A DNA stretch of 64,000 nucleotides from Neocallimastix sp. 'constans' (lineage: Eukaryota): positions 124,001 to 188,000 of the forward strand of contig JBODTK010000156.1 in NCBI GenBank assembly GCA_050613775.1. Reading direction: 5' to 3'. A program made the position numbers and the translations under genes. Below, piece after piece: positions 54,243 through 64,000 of the stretch; within the stretch, counting starts at the first letter, position 1; every line of letters begins with the position of its first letter. The notes beneath the pieces were generated by a model, which saw nothing but the letters and a program-made list of their open reading frames with translations, searched no databases and was not told the DNA's origin.

Positions 54243-55768
54243 GTATACATTAAAAATTCTTATTATAAATTATATATATATATATATAAATATTTAATTT
54301 CTCTATATTTGTTTAATTTAAATTTTTTTATAAATATTTATACATGTGTATATTATGGTACGTTTAAGGGAGAAGATGAAAGCTCTATTGCCCTTCCCCT
54401 CTTGTTAATCCAGTATAAAAAAAAAGTTCAAATTATTTATTTGTAATATAAATTTTTCTATAAAAAATTATTTATTTTAATATAACATAACCTTGTTTAT
54501 ATAATTTAAAAATATGATATATTTTATTATACTTAATCATTATAAAAAAAGAATATACATATATATATATGAAACAATAACTCATTTAATAATGATACGT
54601 TAACTTTTATAAATAGAAAAAAAAAATTCAATCAATAAAGAATATCAGTTGAATTTAAATATCTATAAATCTAAAAATAAAAAAAAAAAAATCAGTTTCA
54701 TAACAAAAACGATGTATTATCATATTATAAACATAATAAAATATATATCAATAAGTAACAATATAATTTGTTCTAAATTGTTTTTTTAATATTAATAAAA
54801 ACTAAAATACTTAATATATATGTTATTGCTATTATTATGCTATAGATTCTATTTTATTTAACATACAAATAACATTATTTAATATGCAAAACAATTAATA
54901 ATTAAAATTATGATTACAATTAATTTATTATTATTGCAATTTTTAAATTTATTTTTGCCATGATAATATCATACAATTATTATTTATTATTATTATTATT
55001 AAAATATCATAATTAAAGACAAAAATAAATATATTATCCAATAGTAAATATATATAATATAAAATAACACAATTCTCCTTTTTGAATCACATTTTCTCTC
55101 TCTCTTTATAGATATTATTTATTGGTTACTAAAACCACATGTACATATCATTAATTAACAAATAAATAAAGAATTCTAATTATTATTTTATTTTTTAAAA
55201 ATATAAAATTTAAATGTAAATGTATAAATAAATAAATATAATAGATATTTAAATGTATTAATAAATATAAAGTAAATAAATTTTAATTTAACATAATATT
55301 TGTAATATTTTCCGCTTACCAGAAGAATTGAAAAAAAAAAAATTTAAAAAATATAAAAGATTTATGAACTAAGACAAAAAAAGATTATTTTTATTAAATT
55401 ATTAATTCATATTATATTATTAAAATATTAAATTTAATTAAATATGTAATAGTAATATGTATATTTTAATTATATTGTGAATATAAAATAATAATCCAAT
55501 TAAGATTCAATAAAATTTGAAAGAATTTCTTGTGGCGGTTTAAAACAATACACATTATAAATTTAATATCAATTTATTTTTTAAAACATTTATATGTGGC
55601 TTATTATTAAATATAATATTTATTTATTTCAAATTTCTAATAAATTAATTTAAGTTTAAATTATGGAGTATTATATATTATTATAATAAATACCAATAAT
55701 ATTGTTTGTAATTAATTAAATATAATAAAATATACAATGAACTTTTTTTTTTCTTTTCTAAAAATTTC

Positions 55769-55944
<176 letters not shown>

Positions 55945-56157
55945 GATAATATTTTTGTCCTTTTTCTCTGTTCAAATTGTAAAATATAAAATTACTATAT
56001 AGAAAGTTTACAATATCAGGTTTTATTAATTTAAAAATGTAATTAATTAAATTTCCAAGGAATTTATAAACAATGATATTAATAAAACTAATATAATATA
56101 TCACAATATATATATTAATAAATAAATCAAGTTATTGTCATTGTCTTCTTTTTTTTC

Positions 56158-56189
<32 letters not shown>

Positions 56190-57296
56190 CCAAATTATCA
56201 AATTACTTGTAACATAGTACATAGTTCAGTAGAATAAAAATAAAAATTATAAATAGTAAAAATATAAATTAAAATATTATTAATTAAAAAGTATTAAATA
56301 AGAGTATTAAAGTATTATTTTACTAACTTTATTTAGTAATTTTAAGCAATGAAATAGGAAATAATTATTTTAGAATATATATTTATTTCTATTTCTATTT
56401 TTATTTTTATTTTTATTCTAGTTTTTGTTCAATTTTTTATTCATAAATATATTCATATATTTATTCATATTTTTTTTTGTAAAATTTAATTAAGAAATCA
56501 AAAGGCAAATTAAAAATATATCACAAAAAAAATTTTTTTTATTTCGAACTTTCCCACTTTATTTAACAAAAAAAAAAAATAATAATAATAATAATATATA
56601 TATATACGAAATAATTATTATATAAAAATTATTTTAATGAAAAGAAAAAATAGCTCTAAAATTGTATTATTATCATTCTTAATTAAACGATATAAATTTT
56701 ATATTTTTATAAAAAAATAAAAATAAAAAAAATAAAAATAAAAATAAAATAACTTAATAAAAATATAACAATAAAAAGAAAAATTAAAAAAAAGTTTCAT
56801 ATTAGCAACAATAAAAAATAAAAAAATAAAAAATAAAAATAAAAATAAAAAGGAAGAAGAAGAAAAGAAAAGAAAAGAAAAGAAAAGAAAAGGAACATTT
56901 CAATATGAAAATTTAAAAAATTATGATTTTTTTTTTTTTTTTTAATAATTGCTTAATGGAAATACAAACAGAAAATACTTTTTTAATCGTCCCTATATAA
57001 ATGAAATTATTAAATATTTATATGTATATATATAAAATTTTCAAAATATATTAATATAGCAAATAAAATATGATTATATTATGAAAAATAATTGTTAGGT
57101 TAATGAAAATATATAATAAAGAACAAGAATTATTTAATAATTTTAAATTACTTAAAAATAGTAAGGATTATTAAACTACTACTTAGATTTTCATATTTTC
57201 TCAGTTTAAAATCATTTTATAAAAAAATAAAAATAAAAATAAAAATAAGCTCTTCATAAAAAATATCAAATTAGTAATAATTCTTTTGAAGTGAAG

Positions 57297-61642
<4,346 letters not shown>

Positions 61643-61655
61643 AAATTAATACTGA

Positions 61656-61696
<41 letters not shown>

Positions 61697-62035
61697 CAAG
61701 CTAGAACTTACAAATAAACAAAATAATTTGAAAATGCAACTAATTTTTTAAATAATGAAAATAACTTTATTTGAAAAAATACAACTAATTCTTTTAAATA
61801 ATAAGCAATCAAATAAACCAAAAAAAAAAAAAAAAAAAAAAAAAGTAATAACATTCTTTAAACAGAAATATTTAATTAATTTACGTACTGTCAAACTAAA
61901 CTCACTAATAATAATAATATAATAAATAAAAATAATATATATATATATTACCTTTTTATGAATTTTCAATTATTTATTATTATTATTATTTAAAATTCAT
62001 TTTTTATTTTAATTTTATATTCTTTACCCTTTTAT

Positions 62036-62081
<46 letters not shown>

Positions 62082-63891
62082 TAATAAATTAAATAAAATA
62101 ATATATATATAATAATTGTACATAATTAAAATTTAAAAACTTTTTTTTTTTAAAAAAAAAAAAATAATAATAATATCTTTTTTAAAATATTAAATATAAT
62201 CTAATTTAATATAATATTATATAATATAATATAAAATAAAAAGAAATAAAATATATATGTATATAAATAATAAAATGAATATAATAAAATAAAAAAAAAA
62301 AATAAAAATAAAATAAAAAAAAATAATAAAAAAAATAAAAAAAAAAAAAAATAAAAAAAAAATAATATATATATAAAGAATATTTATTTAAAATGACATC
62401 TTATTAAACAAAATAAAAAAAAAATAATTAAAAATAAAAATAAAACTAAATAATTCATTATAATAATAATAAAAAAAAAAATTAACAAGAAATCACGGTT
62501 AACACAAATTAAGCTCATAAAAGTAGCAATCCCCCCAAAAAAAAAAATAATAATAATAATAATAATATAAAAATAAATAAAAATAAAGAAAATAAAAAAA
62601 AAAAAAAAAAAAAAATAAATAAAAAAAAATTAAAAATTAAAAAATAATAATAAAAAAAAAGATCAGTTAAATAAAAAAATAAAAAAAAAAAAAAAAAGCT
62701 TATTTTTTTCTGTTTTTTTTTTTTTGTTTTGTTTTGTTTTGTTTTTAAACTTAAACTTTATTATGTATTGGATTTTTATACTATTATTTTTTTTTTTTTT
62801 TTTGTAAATAAAGAAAAAAAAATAATAATAATAATAAATACTACTAATTTTTTTTTTAATTAGTTTTTATTTTTATTATTATTTTATTAAAATAAAAAAA
62901 AAAAAAAATAATAGTAATAATAATAATAAATATTACTAATTTTTTTTTAATTAGTTTTTATTTTTATTATTATTTTATTACTATAATTTAATCTATTAAT
63001 TGTAAATTATTTATTTTATAATTTCATTATAATTTTTTTTTTTTAAAAAAAAAAAAAATTATATATATAATTACAAATAAATATTTAGCTATTATTTATT
63101 AATTTATTGTTTGATAAAAAAAAAAAAAAATTATTAATTTTCATTTCATTAATAATTTTTATAATTTATTTTTAATTTTTTTAAATAATACTTATTTTTT
63201 TTTTTTTTTTTTTTTTTTTACGTATTGCGTTTTATTGCTTAAATCTATAATGATAATATTAAAATATTTTATTTTTATGTTAATTAGTATTAAATAGTAT
63301 AAATTAATTATAATTTATAATAATTTATGTTTTTTTTTTTTTTTTTTTTTTTTTTTATTTTCTTTTTTTTCTTTTTGTTTATATATATATTTATAATTTT
63401 AAATATTTTGAATTTTTTTTTTTATATAATATTATTAGTATTTGTATTTGTAAATTACTAGTATTATTAATTATTTTCACTTTACAGCATTAGTATATGA
63501 ATATAAACTTTTTAAATATTATTATTATTATTTTTTTTTTAAAAAAAAAAAAAAAAATCTATATATATATATATATATCAGAAAGATGAAATATCTTTCA
63601 GAAAAAAAAAAAAAAAATAGGAAAGTAAAAAAAAATAATAATAATAAAAATAAATTAGTTTATATTATTATTAAGATATAATTATAGTATATAAATATCG
63701 AAATAAGAATATAATTAATAATTTATTATAAAAATAAATTTCAAATAAAATTACACCCGATAAAACAATTTTTAATAATAAAAATTCTTCTGAGTTATAA
63801 AGAATTAATAAAAAAGTAAAAAAAAATAAATAAAAAAAATAAAAAAAAAAATAAATAAATTTTTTTATTATTATTATTATTATTTTTTTTT

Positions 63892-64000
63892 CTAATTTAT
63901 CCATTCTTTAACTTTCTTTACAATAGCATCCTTTTGTTTATAATGAATAGTATGAGGTCCATCTAATATGATGACTTCATTATGTTCATTATTACCAAGT
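63892..64000 (-). CDS. C-terminus of a probable alpha/beta hydrolase (partial)
   Basis: LGNNEHNEVIILDGPHTIHYKQKDAIVKKVKEWIN* fits a catalytic-His loop plus terminal helix; only 35 residues are visible. Confidence 0.5.
   Translation of the reverse strand, partial: LGNNEHNEVIILDGPHTIHYKQKDAIVKKVKEWIN

Noticed and set aside
54368..54400. Small GC-rich hairpin AGGGGAG...CTTCCCCT
   Set aside because: Too short and isolated to assign to an RNA or element terminus.

Overview
Extremely AT-rich, intron-rich eukaryotic DNA. The best fit is an anaerobic gut fungus (Neocallimastigomycota), inferred from the base composition, a flagellar gene (CFAP206), fungal TOK and Fpk1-type genes, and an intronless bacterial-type GH26 mannanase. 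1-11.6 kb is a nest of four defective Ty1/Copia retrotransposons with different LTRs. The three that keep a 5' LTR share a primer-binding site (GATTAAGAGTCTCAA) complementary to the anticodon arm of tRNA-Lys(CUU), in the same register as the half-tRNA-iMet PBS of Drosophila copia. This suggests priming by a tRNA-Lys 5' half and is the most novel-looking signal here. A ~2.7 kb array of ~44 constant cores separated by variable (AATAA)n follows. 17-64 kb holds host genes: an NCOA5/Nab3-like RRM protein, a TOK K+ channel, UBC6, CFAP206, a divergent ADP/ATP-carrier paralog, a CBM35-GH26 mannanase, OSCP1, an Fpk1/Nrc-2 kinase with a 9-nt microexon, and the 3' end of a probable alpha/beta hydrolase. 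It also holds a U13/snR45-type snoRNA, two LINE fragments, a SINE-like retroposon with a 14-bp TSD and a Mutator-type MITE with a 9-bp TSD. All calls were made by eye; no searches were run, and exon boundaries are approximate unless stated.
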